Positions 63,989-64,000 of a stretch of DNA of 64,000 nt are shown one piece after another (within the stretch, counting starts at the first letter, position 1; each line of letters begins with the position of its first letter). The position numbers were made by a program, and so were the translations under genes. The notes under the pieces were generated by a model. That model was not told where the DNA came from, did not search any database, and saw only the letters and a list, made by a program, of their open reading frames with translations. This stretch comes from Minisyncoccota bacterium (GTDB lineage Bacteria > Patescibacteriota > Minisyncoccia > UBA6257 > UBA9933), in the NCBI GenBank assembly GCA_041650415.1, contig JBAZLC010000001.1:66998-130997 (forward strand), in the 5' to 3' direction.

Positions 63989-64000
63989 ACACGCCTCCAC

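Noticed and set aside
1-64000. A search for CRISPR arrays, tRNA, rRNA, transposases or integrases
   Set aside because: There are no regularly spaced direct repeats. There are no convincing tRNA cloverleaf or T-loop (GTTCRANYC) matches. The 'ggttcaaaatcc' near 37960 has an 8-nt loop and no acceptor or D-arm pairing. No recombinase-like ORFs are present.

Overview
This 64-kb window comes from a low-GC (about 40%) genome with compact, often overlapping genes, and its gene content looks like Candidate Phyla Radiation / Patescibacteria (Parcubacteria-like). The lifestyle genes are fermentative: a D-2-hydroxyacid dehydrogenase, a lactate permease and a membrane H+-pyrophosphatase. There is a giant peptidoglycan-binding surface protein, and secE-nusG-rplK is not followed by rplA. 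I found no rRNA, tRNA, CRISPR array, transposase or integrase.

The window has two parts.

(1) 1-21.2 kb is an accessory-looking glycan and modification island. It holds five radical-SAM enzymes, one of them B12-binding and two or three with SPASM/twitch C-terminal Cys clusters. It also holds two GT9 (heptosyltransferase-family) glycosyltransferases, one GT4 glycosyltransferase, a split TPP-dependent E1 alpha/beta pair, a class-III aminotransferase, two SAM methyltransferases, a NUDIX hydrolase and a Wzy_C/O-antigen-ligase-family membrane protein. These sit immediately next to a 1145-aa Ser/Thr/Gly-rich, Ig-like-repeat surface protein with a PG-binding domain. I interpret this as a previously uncharacterised system for making an unusual modified sugar and attaching it to that surface (S-layer-like) protein, or a small-molecule glycoside pathway. 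This is the main candidate novel system.

(2) 21.7-64 kb is mostly housekeeping: clpB, htrA, clpP, hppA, nusA, a parB-like gene, dnaE, thrS, miaA, gatB, dut, folA, thyA, a dCMP-deaminase fusion, rplK, nusG, secE, gyrB, secA, hpf, murB, a P-type ATPase, and so on.

Other local oddities:
- a 260-bp, roughly 70%-GC island with coding-like codon periodicity between thrS and miaA;
- a perfect 20-bp inverted repeat pair bracketing the clpB start;
- a repeated REP-like palindromic terminator element;
- a P1B-type ATPase lacking the CPC motif;
- a stand-alone Cas4-like Fe-S nuclease;
- an SdpI-family immunity-like membrane protein;
- a bactofilin-like beta-helix membrane protein.

Many genes carry canonical GGAGG Shine-Dalgarno sites. 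Several others appear leaderless, with an (extended) -10 element about 6-8 nt upstream of the ATG. Coordinates of regulatory hairpins are approximate (±3 nt).
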